A stretch of 64,000 nt of DNA from Sphyrna mokarran (GCA_024679065.1 JAGIQG010000019.1:36332001-36396000); one strand, 5' to 3'. Positions 11,927-25,990 are shown, counted from the first letter of the stretch. Made by a program: numbers and translations. Notes: generated by a model from the letters alone, not told the origin.

Positions 11927-14839
11927 CTAGGATACAGAGGAAAACACAGCAGAGAGTTTAGTAATCATCACCTGGTGTTCGTTCAACACTATAGCTTGTT
12001 CTATTTAAAGGTAAAACACAGAGTGTGACAGGAAAACAGAATGATCGTATTATGAAAGGGATGTCAAACTTAGGCCCTATCCACTCCTTCAAAAAAAATC
12101 TCAGGCGCCGTGATTTTGTCATTGGACCTATAATCCAGAGATCCAAGGTAAGTGCGGCACAGTGGTACAGTTGTTAGCACTGCTGCATTACAGCTCCAGG
12201 CACTTGGGTTCCATTCCCAGCTTGGGTCACTGTCTGTGCGGAGTTTGCATGTTCTCCCCATGTCTGCATGGGTTTCCTCCTGCACTCCAAAGACATGCTG
12301 GATAGATTGATTGGCACTGTGAAATTGTCCCTAATATCCTGGGATGCATAGGTTAGAGGGATTAGTAGAGTAAATATTTGGGTTAGAGGAATAGGACCTG
12401 AGTGGGATTGTTGTTGGTGCAGAATCGATGGGCTGAATGGCCTCCTTCTGCACTGTAGGGATTCAGTGATAATGTTGAATCTCATCATGGCAAACAGTGA
12501 AGTTTGAATTCAATAAAAATGCAAAATGAAAGGACTAATGGATAACCATGAAACCATCGTCAATTGTTGCAAAAAGCTACGTGTTTGACTAATGTCCTTT
12601 AGGGAAAGAAATCTGCCAGCCTTATCTGGTCTGGCCTACACCTGATTCCAGATTCGCAGCAGTCTGGTTGACTCATAATTCTCATCTGAATTGGCCTAGC
12701 AAGCCACTCAGTTCAAGGGCAATTCAGGAAGAGCAATAAATGCTGGTCTAGCCAGTGACACCCACATCCCATGAATGAATTAATAATACATTTAAGCAAT
12801 ACTGTTATCCTGATCAATATTTATCCCTCTAACAACATCACTATAATGCAGAGTACAATATTGCTGGCTGTGAAAACTTGCTGTGTGCAAATAAGTGATT
12901 TCATTTCCAGTATTATAATAGCGACTACTCTTCAATAACATCTCATTGGCTGTGTAATGCCTCAGAGCACCCTGAGGTTATGAAAAACTCGATGTAAATA
13001 TAAATTTCTCATTTGTACATATAATTATTGATGATTCAATAGGATACATGTCACTCGGAAAACAGAATCACTGCTTATTCTGCACTTATTTAAGTGTTAA
13101 ATTGGCAAATCCCATTACATTCAGAGTGGGATTCTTTGATCCCATTCATTCCATTCTCTCCACCACTGCCAACGGGAATGAAGAATTTGGCACTCAGCCG
13201 AAACTGCATTCAGTGCAGCTCAGCAGACAATCCCAGTCACAGACATGGTTGGAGGTTTTTTTAAGTAAGGTATGTTTACAAGATGGATTTGCCACATGGT
13301 AAACCCTCCAGCAATGTACTCGATCTGACTTGATAACCTTATTAACAATTGACACCTATTTACTCAGAATTTAGGATCTCTTTCATCATCATCCTTCTCT
13401 ATTCACCAGTAGTCATGAAGCTTGTCTTTTGCTTTTTTTAATTATCAATATGTAGAACTTTATACTTGTCTGCTTTCAATTTAATCTGCCATTGTCCTAT
13501 CCACTTATTGAGCTTGTCTAACTTTATACTGTGATCTGTGAGCTGAATCTTACAGGCCACTCATAGATAGGAAAACAGATGGGTCTGCTGTGTCAAGTCA
13601 CCAATCCACTCACCCTTGCCCTGCACAAACTTACAGGCTGCAGTGGAGACGCTGGGTGGGTCATCTGCCCAAGATCTAAATAAGGTCCTTAAATGGGTGA
13701 TTAATGCCCGATTAAAGGCCTTATCCTGTTGCCCCTCTAATACATTGAGCAGCAGAAGATATTTGCACCCAACAGGTACTCTGGACAGGTTTAACTTTGT
13801 GGGCAGTTGGTCAGCGAAAGGGGAGGGGATGATTGACTGGGAGTGGTGGGGTAAGGTGGAAATGCGGGTGTCTCTTTCTGCGCTCCCATGTCAACCAGAA
13901 GACCTTCCCCACAGTTTTACCTTCCAATGTTCATCCTTCCTCTAACCACCACACCTTGTCCAATATGCCCAACATCCCTCTTCACTGGGGCCTTTCAAGC
14001 CTGGCTCCAGTAGGATCTCAGACTGACTTGAATGTCCAGGTCCATCATCAAGCAACATTGCCTTGTCCTACCTGCAGTATCAGCAATGGCCACTGCTCCT
14101 GTTTTCACTATGGTAGGGGTTGCAGAACTTCTGATTGGGCAGCAGCTCAATGTGGAGATAGATAGCTGTCCCACTGCATCCTGATTAAAGAGCTAAAAAC
14201 AAATTACTCTCTGTGTGGAGTCTGCAAGTTCTGTCTATGTCTGCATGGGTTTCCTCCAGGTACTCCGCTTCCTCCCAGAAATGTGCAGGTTAGGTGCATT
14301 GGAAATGCTAAACTGCCCTTAATGTTCCAGTGTGTGTGGTTTAGGGGGATTAGCAGGGTAAAATATCTGAGATTGCAGGGATAGGGTCTGGGTGGGATTG
14401 TTGTCAGTGCAGATTCAATGGGCTGAATGACCACCTTCTGCACTGAAGGGATTCTATGGTTTCTATGGTTCTATGATGCTAAAACCTGAAACAATGGTCA
14501 AATAGACTTGAAACATGGGCTATATTCTTACCCACAGGTGATGTCAGAACTGCTGAGATTTTCCAGCATTTTCTGTTTTTGTTTCAGATTCCAGCAGTAA
14601 TCTGCTTTTATCTATTGGTTGGATTTGCTTTTAGTTTTGACATCAGTAGTGGCTGATAAAATGAGATAAAATAGGTGGGAGGGAGTTCATTGGGCGCAAA
14701 AACAGTGGCATTAACCAATTAGACCATATGATCAGTTTCTGTGATGTAAATACAATGTCAATCTTCTCTGACAGTGTAGCATCTTGTCAGTAAACACTCA
14801 ATCGCACAGTGAGCTGGGCAAACCTGCCAGTTTCCTCAC

Positions 14840-15530
14840 CATAATTAATTGTCACGTATTTCTGTGACTTCGTCTTCAGTGTGACCCAAGGCTTGCTTCT
14901 CTTGATGATGAAGATATCCTGCATATCTGATGAATGCATCCCAACAGACAGAAGCCCAGTTCTTGAGTGAGGGTACAAGACGCCCCTCTTTCCAGCAGAA
15001 AAGGTGGCCATGTAACCTGCCTTCAAGTGCATCGTGAAGGCCGTCTGCTTTGAATGTTTGCTCAGCAGCTGGCCTTTAACAGACAAGTAGCGACAGTCAT
15101 TTGTTTGGAGGTGGTATTTTCCATTGTCAAAGTGAATTAAGAAAATACATTCCTCAGAAAAGGGAGCTGGAGCCTCAGCAAAGCCGTTGCCCTCACTGCA
15201 GTGCATACGTACATAGCTCTTCGACTGGGGGTGGTATAGTACAACTTGGGGATGGATGGCCAGATGAGGGATCCATTGCTGTAATCCATTTTCCTCCTTC
15301 TGTATGCAGCGGACCCCATCGATATTGTTCTCAAGATAAGTTCCAAACACTATGGACTTGAAGACCCAGGATCCATTCGACTGGTATTCCAAGAGAAACA
15401 AGCTGAATTCATTGGGAGATGCACATTTAACTAAGCCAGCTTCGTTAGTCTGCAAGGCCAACCCGTTAAATGCTATCAGTTCTACTTGGATCTGAAGTCC
15501 TTTACTGGGCTTGAATCTCACTTCCCAGAT
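14840..15530 (-). CDS. FSCN3: Fascin-3-like, coding exon 2 (beta-trefoil repeats)
   Basis: Core of ORF 14787-15593; acceptor ttcttgtgcag, donor G|GTGAGG; 691 nt, phase 0 to 1; fascin motif W.PHLAIHPQV.LY and FSCN3-like EECIFLIHF.NG.YHLQT, QTAFTMHLKAG, GVLYP. Confidence 0.93.
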
Positions 15531-16059
15531 CTGCACAAGAAATAGTGAGAGACAAAGTTCATTTCTGGAGGCCACTGTTGCAATTAAAAGCACAGCAATT
15601 AACTATAACCAACTTAATACTTGTCACACACCATTGCACTCCCCTCCTCTCCCCCTCCTTAGCCCTGGTCCCAATTGGAAATTTACCCCTCATCTCCCAA
15701 GAGGAGCAGAGGTGCCCAGTGCTTACTCAAATAACTATTCTTCATCATGGGAGTCTGGAGAATGTGTGACCAATTATTATTTGGCTATGGGAGTGAGCGA
15801 TGTTGAACTTCACCACGTTCCCACTCAACAGATGGTTATTTTCTAAAATGCATCACTCGCGGACATTGTTTTTCTGGTCAAAATGGCAACACTGATTCCA
15901 ACTAGTCACAAATTTATTTTTATGTATGGCTCTTACTCTTTCCCCTCATAGATATTTTTCCCACACCAAATTCCTTCAGAGTTTGATTGGGTCACCTCTC
16001 TTCCTCTCATCTGGCGAAAAAGCCTCCACTTGTTCAATCTACATGAATCAGAGAGGAGG

Positions 16060-16400
16060 TCCTGACTGAGGTGTACCAAATTATGAAGGACATAGATAGG
16101 AAGAAACCTTTCCCCTTTGTAGAGGGGTCAATAACCAGAGGCATAATTTAAACTAAGGGGCCGGAGATTTAGAGGGGATTTGAGGAAAAGTATTTTTACC
16201 AGAGGGTGATGGGAGTCTGGAACTCACTGCCTGAAAGAGTTGTAGAGGCAGGAACGCTCACAACATTTAAGGAGCATTTCAATGAGCATTTGAAATGCTA
16301 TAGCATACAAGGCTATGGACCACGTGCTGGAAAATAGAATAAGAATAGATAGATGCTTGATGGATGGTGCAGACATGATAAGTCTTTCTATATTGTAAAA
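16060..16400 (+). mobile_element. CR1 3' end fragment
   Basis: gaggtgtaccaaattatgaagg...accagaggcataattt...tttttaccagagggtgatgggagtctggaactcactgcc. Confidence 0.75.
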
Positions 16401-17671
16401 CTTTGTGGACAGGATTCTGTGGCGTCCAGCCAGGTATTTCTTGGTGATGGGATGTGATGCCCTACTTGCTGGCGATGGGATCTTTTGGTCTTGTTCCTGT
16501 CAATGGGATTTCCCGTTGATTCCACCCCATGCCATCAGGAAATCTACAGTGGGGGCGCATTGTCAATGGGACCGGAAGATTCTATTGATGTGAGTGACCA
16601 GAGAATTCCAGTCAATGACTCTATGACTCCAACCTTATTCTTATAACTTGAGTTACCATTTTCATAGAAAGATATTGCATGGAAGGAGACGAATCAGCCC
16701 ATCATTCCCAAATTAGCTCTTTAATAGAGCTATCCAATTAGTCCCACATCATTGGCCTTGCAAAATTTTCCCTTTAAAGATTCATTATTCATCTAATTCC
16801 TTTTAAAAAGTTTTTGTTGAATCTGCTCTAGTTTTTTGCTGATTGACTCTGTCTCCTCTAACCCTATCAGAAAGAGCTTCTTACTGATTATCCTGGAAAA
16901 ACTTATGATTTTGAGCATATCAGGCAGTGGTAATGTTGGTGCACTAAGAACCCAGCTGCCCAAGTTAATCCTCTGGGAGACATGGGTTCAATTCCTACTA
17001 CAGCAGCCATGAGAGACCCAGAGCAGTGTGGCTAACTCTTAACTGATCTCTGAAATGGTAACTCAATTCAAGGGTAATTAGGGATGGGCAACGGATACTA
17101 GCCTACATCCTGTGACAGAATAAAATAATCTCCTCTCCATCTTGACATTCTTCCTAAAGTGTGGTGCTTGGGATTGAATGTTCCTATCTGGTATCTAACT
17201 TCTGTTTTTGTTTTCTGTCCCTTTGTTTACAATATCAAGGGTATCCTCTATCAATGGCCTTGTCCATTGTGATTTTCTGTTTCCATCCTCTCCTTTCCTG
17301 AATACGTTGACTGGGACATCATCCCATATCTACTCTTCAGGTCTGAGTCTATGGAGTGAAGATAGACTGCTCAACCATAAAGCACTTCACAGCATTTTTT
17401 GTTCCTGCCTTTTGCCCACGCAAATTGAATAAATGATCAGGACTGGGGGACTCTGCTTAGTAATTCCTCGATTTCCTTCGCTCTTTAGTTTACAGGAACT
17501 GATGGTGAGAAAGGTACTGTGAACTGGGGTTGAGACGAACTAAATACAATCAAGCCTGGGCCTGTCTAATTTAACGCCAATGATAAAATGGAGCAATGCT
17601 CACTATGAATTAATCTTATTAATCACGAAAGTTCTGAGTCATATCTTTCTGCTTTATGTTGAATAAACTAC

Positions 17672-17788
17672 CTGTTTTGGGCCAAGTGCTGTAGTGATCA
17701 GTGAAACCATATTTCCAAATTGTTCTGCTGTCAAGTATTTGCCGCAACTGGTTATCAGACCAATTTTAACTGCTTCAGTGTTTGACAT
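17672..17788 (-). CDS. FSCN3: Fascin-3-like, coding exon 1 (MSNTEAVKIGLITSCGKYLTAEQFGNMVSLITTALGPKQ)
   Basis: Fascin N-terminal GL....KYLTAE.FG motif; 117 nt, donor CAG|GTAG phase 0, joins IWEV of exon 2 (Q|IWE junction as in FSCN3 RQ|TWE). Confidence 0.9.
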
Positions 17789-18829
17789 CACAGTGGCCGA
17801 TCGCGCTCCTTCACCAAAATGCCTCAAAAACGCCAAACACCAAATAATCAGTTGCAGTTCCTCCTTGGTGCAAAAAATCGTTCATCCTTCAGAAATTCCA
17901 ACCCTGCCTGAATCTTGTGATATAATCGGCTGAGTTTGATTGAGGCTACCTCTGTGATGCCATAAAGGGAGGGCAGGATGGGGAGATGATGTCATCGTAG
18001 TTCACTCATTGGGGAGGTGGGTGGGGAGTGGGGGGGTGGGGCGCTGTATGAGTGGGGGGTTGGGGAAAAGGATTATTTAAGTTTGTTCATTAGTGTCACA
18101 AATAGACTTATATTAACATTGCAATGATGTTGCTATGAAAATCCCCTACTTGCCACACTCCATCTCCTGCTCAGGTACACTGAGGGAGAATTTAGCATGG
18201 CCAATGCACCTAACAAGCACACCTTTTGGATTGTGGAAGGAAATCTGGAAGAAACCTGCGCAGATACAGGGAGAATGAGCAGACACTACACAGACACTGA
18301 CCCAAGCCGGGAATTGAACCTAGGTCTCTAGCACTGTGAGGCAGCAGTGCTAACTACTGTGTTACCATGCTGCCCATAAGGGAAATGTCAGGAGTGAGAT
18401 TTCAACCCACTCCTTTAGAAAGGGACCAGAATTCACTAGACTCACGCAATGCAAGGAATCACACTCCTTCATCTACTGTGGATCACTCAGTCATCCTGAC
18501 AACTTGGAAGGGGATTGGTTGTCTTGGTGTGTGACTGTATATGTAATCACAGTACAGGTCCAATCTTCAGTGGCTCAATTACTTAGTGGCCGCCTGGAGT
18601 GGTGACGAGCCTGGCGACGTATAATTTGTTCAAGGACAATCAATCTAGATGACAGAGTTATTATGATTGGGAATTGAAGAACGGAGGAAGTAGCTTCAGT
18701 AGTAATTTTCAAAAGAGAGTAGAATAAGTACTTGAAAAAAAAGAAATTTACTATGAGGGTTAGCAAAGGAAATTGGACTAATTGTGAGTTTCTTATAATT
18801 ATGTGGGATTTAATTGTAAGAGCTACAAA

Positions 18830-21800
18830 CAGGACTCCAGGATCGTCTATTGCCTCACTGATACAAGGGTCAAAGAAGTCTTGGAGAGGCTACAGGACAT
18901 TCTAGAGGGGAGGGTGAATAGCCAGTGTTTGTAGTACACATCAATACTAATAACATAGGATAAAAAAGGATGCTGTCCCAAAAGCTGAATATCGTGAGAA
19001 ACAAAAAATTCTCCTTATCGCCAATGAAGTAATTCAGCCAGTTTTCCATCACCAACACCCTTTATTGTGCACTAAAGGAAAAGGACCACGATTAAGGCTT
19101 ACAATCAGACAGTGTCCAACTCTAGACCTACAATAATGGTCAGTTAGAGTAACAGTTTTGAAACATGCGCGGACCACTTCCTATTAGGTGAACATCTACT
19201 TGCTCAATAAGCAATTTGTACTCCACGAAGCCCATGTGGAGATTTATTATTGATCCCCTACTGTCTTACTGGCCATCCTATCAGTTGGATTAGCTATGTT
19301 CTTATTGAATGACAGAGTGGGCTTCAAGGGTAGAATAGCCTACTCTTGAGTTCAATAGAAACCTAGAATTAAAAGTTTAATGATGACAATGAAATCATTG
19401 TCGATTGCCCTTTACAGAAGAAATCTACCATCCTTACATAGGTCTAGCCTACATAAGGCTAGATCCTTATATGTGACTCCAGATCCACCGCAACTCTCAA
19501 ATGCCCTGTGAAATGGAAGACAGTTAGGGATGAGCAGTTAACGTTCATCCAGCTAGTGATGCTCATGTGCCTTAAAGTTAATAAGAGAGACATTACTGTC
19601 AAGCAGCATTCACTCAGTAGTAACCTGCTGACTGACAGTCAATTGTGGATTTTCCAATTCTGTAACCATACTGGAATTGAGTGAATGTGGCCAAACTAGA
19701 TTTGCAGTCTAACTGGAGAAACACAAAAAAATATTTTTCTCATCATGTTCAACAGGGAGATACCTCAATAATTGTCGCAATGGCTGTGGTCACAATCTTT
19801 GCATTTTTCTTATACTGGGGAATTGCCTCACCATCCAGTGGAGACAGGGAAGTTCATGCAGATACTGCAGGGGTGGTGGCTTTCGTTGTTTGGTAAGATC
19901 AGATAGTACAGCATCAGTACCTGGAGTTTTGCCCTGAGTAAACAAGTCAACTGTTGTTAAAGTGTTTGTTAAACAGTTCTGCCATGACAGGCAGGTTCTG
20001 GCAATGTCTCAAGGTTTCTCAATGGCAGTATTCTCTCTAGGATATAACTCAGATTGGTGACCCAGCCATTCCTCTATTTATTGCAGTCAGTGATAACTTG
20101 GTCAACCTTTACTCTGGAACTGTTTTCTTTGTTGATGGACCTGTTTCAGAAAAATACATGGCTGAAGAGATGGTGTCAGGGAAGGGTTTCAGATTCCTGG
20201 GGCATTGACACCGGTTCTGGGGGAGGTGGGACCTATACAAATTGGACGGGTAATACTAAGTGACCGGGGTGGGAATTGAATGTCTCAGAGTATTCAATAT
20301 TTAGGAAGGACATAAAGGAAAAGCTGATAGAGTGACACTGCTGGTTAAAGAGAAATTAACACAATAGTAGGAAAGGATATTAGCTCTGACAACATGGAAT
20401 CTAATAGACAGAGTTGAGAAACACCAAAGGGCAAAAAACATTAGTGAGTGTCATATGTAGACTCCCAAACAGCATTAAATACAAAATTAGAGATGCATGT
20501 GATAAAGGAATATTTGTAATCGTGGATGACTTAATCTGCATTGAGATTGGGCAAATCAAATTAGCCACAACGGCATAGAGGAGGAATTCCTGGAATGTAT
20601 ACAGGAAGTTTCCTTGACCAATATGTGGAGAACCAGCCAGAGAGCAGGCTATTTTAGACTGGGTACTGTATAATGAGAAGGAATCATTGCCAATTTAGCT
20701 GTACCACACCCCTCGAGGATGAGCGACAATAACATGATAGAATTTTTTATCAAGATGGAGAGTGAAGTAGTTGATTCAGAGACTAGGGTGCTGAATCTTA
20801 ATAAAGGAAACTATGAAGATATGAGGCATGAGTTGACCTTGATAAACTGGGGAGAGTTACTTAAAGGGATGACAGTGGATAGACAATGGCAAACATTCGA
20901 AGAATGCATGGGGGAACTGCAGCAACTGTTTATTCCTGTCTGGCACTAAAGCAAAATGGGTAAAGGGCCAATTCTTGGCTTACAAAGGAAATTAGAGAGA
21001 GTATCCAATCTAAGGAAGAAGTATACAGATTGGCCAAGAAAAATAATAGGCTGAGGATTGGGATTAGTTTAGAATTCAGTAAAGAAGGACCAAGGGATTG
21101 ATTAAGAAGGGGAAAATACAGTGTGAAAGTAAGCTTGCAGGGAACATAAAGACTGACACTGAGAGCTTCTATAGATACGTGAAGAGAAAGAGGCTGGTGA
21201 AAGCAAATGTAGGTCCCCTTTAGACAGAAAAAGGGGCATGCATAATAGGGGATAAAGAAATGGCCGAGCAACTAAATACATACTTTGGTTCTGTCTTTGC
21301 AAAAGAGGTCACAAATCAGATGTCAGAAATGTTAGAGAATGCAAGATTTAGTGAGAGGAAAGAACTGAGGGAGATTAGTGGAGAAATGGTATTGGAAAAA
21401 TTGATGGGATTGAAGATAATCTATATCCCAGAGTACTTAAGGAAGTGGCTCAAGAAATAGTGGATGCTTTGGTGGCCATTCTCTAGGATTCTATAAACAC
21501 TGGAACAGTCCTTGCATATTGGAGGGTACAAAATGTCATCCAATATTCAAAACGGGAGATGGAGAGAAAACAGGGAATTATAGACCAGTAAGTTTAACAG
21601 TGGGGAAAATTCTCGAATCCATTGACAAGAATTTTATAGAAGAGCATTTAGAATGTATTTATGAAGGGGAAATCATACTTGACAAATTGGATAAGTGTGA
21701 GGTTATTTACTTTGGAAGCAAAAACAAGAAGCAGATTACTACCTGAATGATTGTAAATTGGGAGAGGGGAGTGTGGAGTGTGACCTGGATGTCCTTGTGC

Positions 21801-22490
21801 ACTATTTTCTGAAAGTAAGCACACAGGTGCAGCAGGCAGCAAAGAAAGCAAATGGCATGTAGGCCTTCATTGCGAAAGGTTTCGAGTTCAGGATCAGGGA
21901 TGTGTTGTTGCAACTGTTTAGGGCCTTGGTGAGACTACGCCTAGAGTATTCTGTGCAGTTATGGTCTCCTTTTCTGAGGAAGGATGTTCTTGCTCTCGAG
22001 GGAATGCAGCGAAGGTTTACCAGGCTGATTCTGTGGATGGTGGGACTGATGTATAAGGAGAGATTGACTAAGTTAGGATTGTTTTTGTTGGAGTACAGAT
22101 GAATAAGGGGTGATCTCAAAGAGACTTACAAAATTCTAACAGGTCTAGACAGGATAGATGTAGGAAGGTTGTTCCTGATAGTGGGGATGTCCAGAACCAG
22201 GGGTCACAGTATAAGGATTCAGGGTAGACCATTGAGGACAGAGGTAAGGAGATGTTTCTTCACGCAAAGAGTGGTGAGCCTGTGGAATTTATTATGACAG
22301 GAAGTAGTTGATGCCAAAACATTGAACGCATTCAACAGACAGCTTGATACAACATTTAGGGAAATGGGATCAAAGGTTATGGGGAAAAAGCAGGATTAGA
22401 TTATTGAGTGGGACAATCAGCCATGAGCATAATGAATGATGGAGCAGGCTCAAAGGGCCAAATGACCTCCACCTTCTATATTTCTATATT
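18830..22490 (+). mobile_element. Degenerate, internally deleted CR1 LINE (ORF1 esterase remnant, APE endonuclease, RT, 3' UTR) with foreign inserts at ~19000-20130
   Basis: ORF1 remnant gtagtacacatcaatactaataacatagga (cf. VVHIGTNDIG); ORF2 remnants SDNNMIEF, LNTYFGSVF, NYRPVSLT, LVRLRLEYSVQLWSP; tail ttctatatttctat. Confidence 0.85.
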
Positions 22491-23179
22491 TGATCCTTTC
22501 ATTCATATTCCTATGATGAAGAGCAGCTGGATATTCTGGCAGAATTACAACCAGTTGTCATTGACACACCAACTAGCAATCTGATCGACTTGCCTTTGAG
22601 CAACTCTTAGTGCATTCCAAGTCCACTCACGTATCCCTCATAATTAATTAGAGTGGACCCACATAGTTTCAACAACAGTTTCTATTACAGTGATGTTAAC
22701 CTCAAACCCCTGTTAGCATTTCCACTCCTGCTTCCCTCATGTTGACATTATGGTTTCACAGATAGCGACTCAAGTATGTTCTGTTTGCTTTTGCACTCTA
22801 CGGTCGGAATTTTTAGTACCCTGTCTCCACATGGGAATTGGAGCGGGCAAGGGGCAGACCTTGGAAAAATCCTTTACCTTGGGTGGATTTTATGGTTTTG
22901 GGATGAATGAGGTTGTAAAATCCCACCCTGTGTGGGAATGCCAGTTCAACTGAGTTGAGGAATTAGTGTTTTTTTTTCTCTGGTAGACAATATGTTGTTA
23001 CCAGGACACAATTTCTGCTTTAAGTGGAAATACCTCAAGGGTTGCATCCCAACTCCAATGCATGCCAGAGAATCCTGTATCACACTTAGTGCTGTGGTAG
23101 CTGAGTGTATTGAGAATACTGTTCAGAATATTATGTTTGATGATGATCAAATCTAACTAGTGCCAATGCCCTGATTTTT

Positions 23180-23670
23180 ATAGACACACCATAGAAAGCA
23201 TCCTTTCTATGTGCATCAGAGCTTGGCATGGCTCCTGCACTGACCAAACCCACAAGAAATTATAAAGGGTTGTGAGCATAGCCCAGTCCATCACACAAAT
23301 CAGCCTGCCACTCTGTATACACTTCCTGTTGTCTTGGAAAAGCAGCCAGCATGATCAAGGACCCCACACACCCCAAACATACTCTCTTCCACCTTCTTCC
23401 ATCAGGAAAAAGATACAAAGGTCTGAGATCACGTTCTAACCAATTCAAAACAGTTTCTTCCCTACTGCCACCTGACTTTTGAATGGACATACATTAAGTT
23501 GATCGTTCTCTTCATCCTGTCTGTGACTGAAAATACTATATTCTGTACCCCATCCTTTCCTTCTCCCCTATATCCTCTATGAATGGTATGTTCTGTCTGT
23601 ATAGTGCACAACAAACAATACTTTTGACTGTATCCCAAAATATGTGAAAAAAATAAATCAATTCAAATCA
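23180..23670 (+). mobile_element. Rex1/Babar non-LTR retrotransposon 3' end
   Basis: caccatagaaagcatcctt (TIESIL)...cttcttccatcaggaaaaagatac (LLPSGKRY); tail aataaatcaattcaaatc. Confidence 0.75.
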
Positions 23671-24045
23671 TGGTTTGTATTGAAAGAAGATATTCATTTG
23701 TTGAAGCAACAAAGCTCAGGGGGCCAGTACTTTATCTCATGTGTCTTTCCAGGGTCACGATGCCTCAGGTAGGAGGGTCAAGCCTTATAGTCTGCACTTA
23801 CTCTTCTGTTGAAATTCTACTGTCGATAAAAATGTCCTGATTTAAGGACTTTGTTGATAGTGTTGCAATCTCCTCACTGAACTGGTCTTTTGCTTCTGTA
23901 CTGGAGTACAGCCTTGTGTACTGGCACCAGAATGGTTGTAGGAATTATTGGAAAGACAATGTTTTTAGACATTAGGGCACCTTTGGGCTCCACTCCAATT
24001 TTTTTTTTGTCAGGGTTTGTGTTTATAGTTTGGGAAGTGCTGGTA

Positions 24046-24496
24046 CTTTGGTCCACCTTGTTGTCTAACGAGAGGCATACACGCGATGGGTCGTGAGAGG
24101 GCTGCTCTTGGATTTTTTTTGAGAGTATCCTAGTGCTTCACGTCGTTAGTGTACGCTTGATCTGGACCATTTGATGGGCAACACGACAGCTCAGTGATTA
24201 TCGCTGTGCTGTGCAGATACGTGGATTTGGGCCTGTGTCTGTGGGAGTTTGCGCATTCTCCCCGTGCTTGCGTAGGTTTTCTCCGGGTGCTCCGGTTTCC
24301 TCCCACATCCCAAAGATGTGCTCTTAGGCTAATTGGCAAAACAAATTCCCCCTAAATTGTCTCAAATTTGGTTTTGAATCCATAGATCTATAAACATGGA
24401 CAGGGATCGCGGGTAGAGGTGGGAACATCGGAGTGGCGGTGCGGGCTCATTGGGCCGAAGGGCCTGCTTCCTGTGCTGTTTTGTTCTTTGTTCTTC
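24046..24496 (+). mobile_element. 5'-truncated copy of a CR1 3' UTR containing a V-SINE core domain
   Basis: Aligns along its length with the reverse complement of 31968-32372; non-tRNA leader, V domain, CR1 tail gggccgaagggcctg...ttgttctttgttct. Confidence 0.8.
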
Positions 24497-24637
24497 AGGT
24501 CTCCTGAGGTAACTACTAAGAGTTGGAGCTATTCACCCACAGTTGGGAATTTTGTTTAAGAATGATAGCATGTGCCCAAATGCTATTCAATTTGCCCACT
24601 ACATGGCTGGCAGCAAACCCCCTCTAGGGAAGGCAAT

Positions 24638-24968
24638 GGCTAGTGGTATTATCACTAGACTATTAATCCAGAAACTCAGCTAATGTTCTGGAGATCCAGA
24701 TTCGAATTTGAATTCAATAATAAAAATAAAATCTGGAATTAAGAATCTACTGATGACCATTAGACCATTGTCAATTGTTGGAAAAATCCATCTGGTTCCC
24801 TAATGTTCTTTAGGGAACGAAATCTGCCATCCTCACCTGGTCTGGTCTACATGTGACTCTAGATCAACCGCAATGTGGTTGATTTTCAACTGCTCTCAGG
24901 CAACTAGGGTTGGCAATAAATGCTGGCCAGCCAATGACACCCAATGTCCCACAAATGAACAAAAAAAA
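24638..24968 (+). mobile_element. SINE-like repeat sharing its tail with the LINE at 54870-56930
   Basis: Recurrent aaatctgccatcctcacctggtctgg...ggcaataaatgctggcc; partial copies at ~12485-12785, ~16925-17125, ~19345-19585, ~44070-44230(-). Confidence 0.7.
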
Positions 24969-25569
24969 CACTCCAAGTTCCTCAGGAGCTTCAGTCTGGG
25001 GCTGAATCTGTGGTGTGAGCTGATAAAGATTAGTAACTAATCTGCTGAAGTAGAAATCATGCAACTCCTTTCACTCAGATTCATTACGTTTACCTGTTGG
25101 ACACACTTGCTGGAATTTTACCATTTCGCCCGCTCGAGATTCATAAAGTCCGCCCAAGGCCAATGGAGAAGACCATGTGTGTGCTGGAGCAAGCGAAGCC
25201 ACCAGTTTCAATCATTGAATGCGTGTCATGAATCTATTACTGCTATAAAAGTCTATTTCTTTCAGAAAGGAAAAGGCAACAATTGAAGGCCTTGGCCTTA
25301 TGTTCCATAAGAAAATAAAGTTATATTTTATGTTGCAATACTGGTCACCACACTTGGAGCATATTATTTATTGATCACATATTATCAAACTTCCATCCAT
25401 ATGGCAGAGATGTTCATCTCTGGACTTAAAGATCAGAGATTTAGGCAAATAGAGTCTTCATTTGTATTAACAACATGCAGTTTAAATGATTGGCAACAAT
25501 TTCAAAACATACAAATTTAATATATAAAACTCCTGTCATGTCCTTGGATGCCTCCTGACTTGGATCAGT

Positions 25570-25990
25570 GGAAGTACGTTTGTTACTAAGCCAGATTTGG
25601 GTCCAGGTTCTAAGCACATACCCAGACTAACACTCTGGGCAGAATTTTACCAGCACATCCTTCCATGTTTCGCACCATCCTGCCTGAGGCCAATGTCAAA
25701 TGCTGTTCTCTGATTCTCCCGGAATCGGGGCTGGCATGATGGTAAAATTCCGCCCTTTGTGGTATTCTCTCTCAGATAAGACATTCAACCAAGTTCCTGT
25801 ATGTTCTCTCAATGGCTAGAAAAGAGTCCACTGCAGTATTTGTTAAAGAGCATAATGACCTCTCTCCAATATTTACTCATCAACCATCATCACTTAAAAA
25901 GATTATTTGGTCATTTATCTCATTCTGCTTTGAAGGACCTTCCTGTCAACAGATTGACTGCCACAATTTCTACATTAGAACAATGATTAC
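25570..25990 (+). mobile_element. Ancient Deu-SINE (SacSINE1-like) relic
   Basis: Degenerate match to the reverse complement of 26105-26540 and to relics at ~10250-10475 and ~12800-13010. Confidence 0.55.
25637..25755. mobile_element. MITE with 15-bp TIRs (gggcagaattttacc...ggtaaaattccgccc), probably PIF/Harbinger-derived
   Basis: TIRs match with 1 mismatch; related ends at ~8714-8844, ~16407-16613, ~22800-22930, ~59973-59989. Confidence 0.7.

Noticed and set aside
12152-12230. tRNA genes
   Set aside because: The A/B-box-like heads continue into V domains and LINE tails, so they are SINE heads.
14787-15593. Single-exon 268-aa protein as given by the ORF track
   Set aside because: Both ends are intronic read-through; fascin homology is bounded by splice sites at 15530 and 14840.
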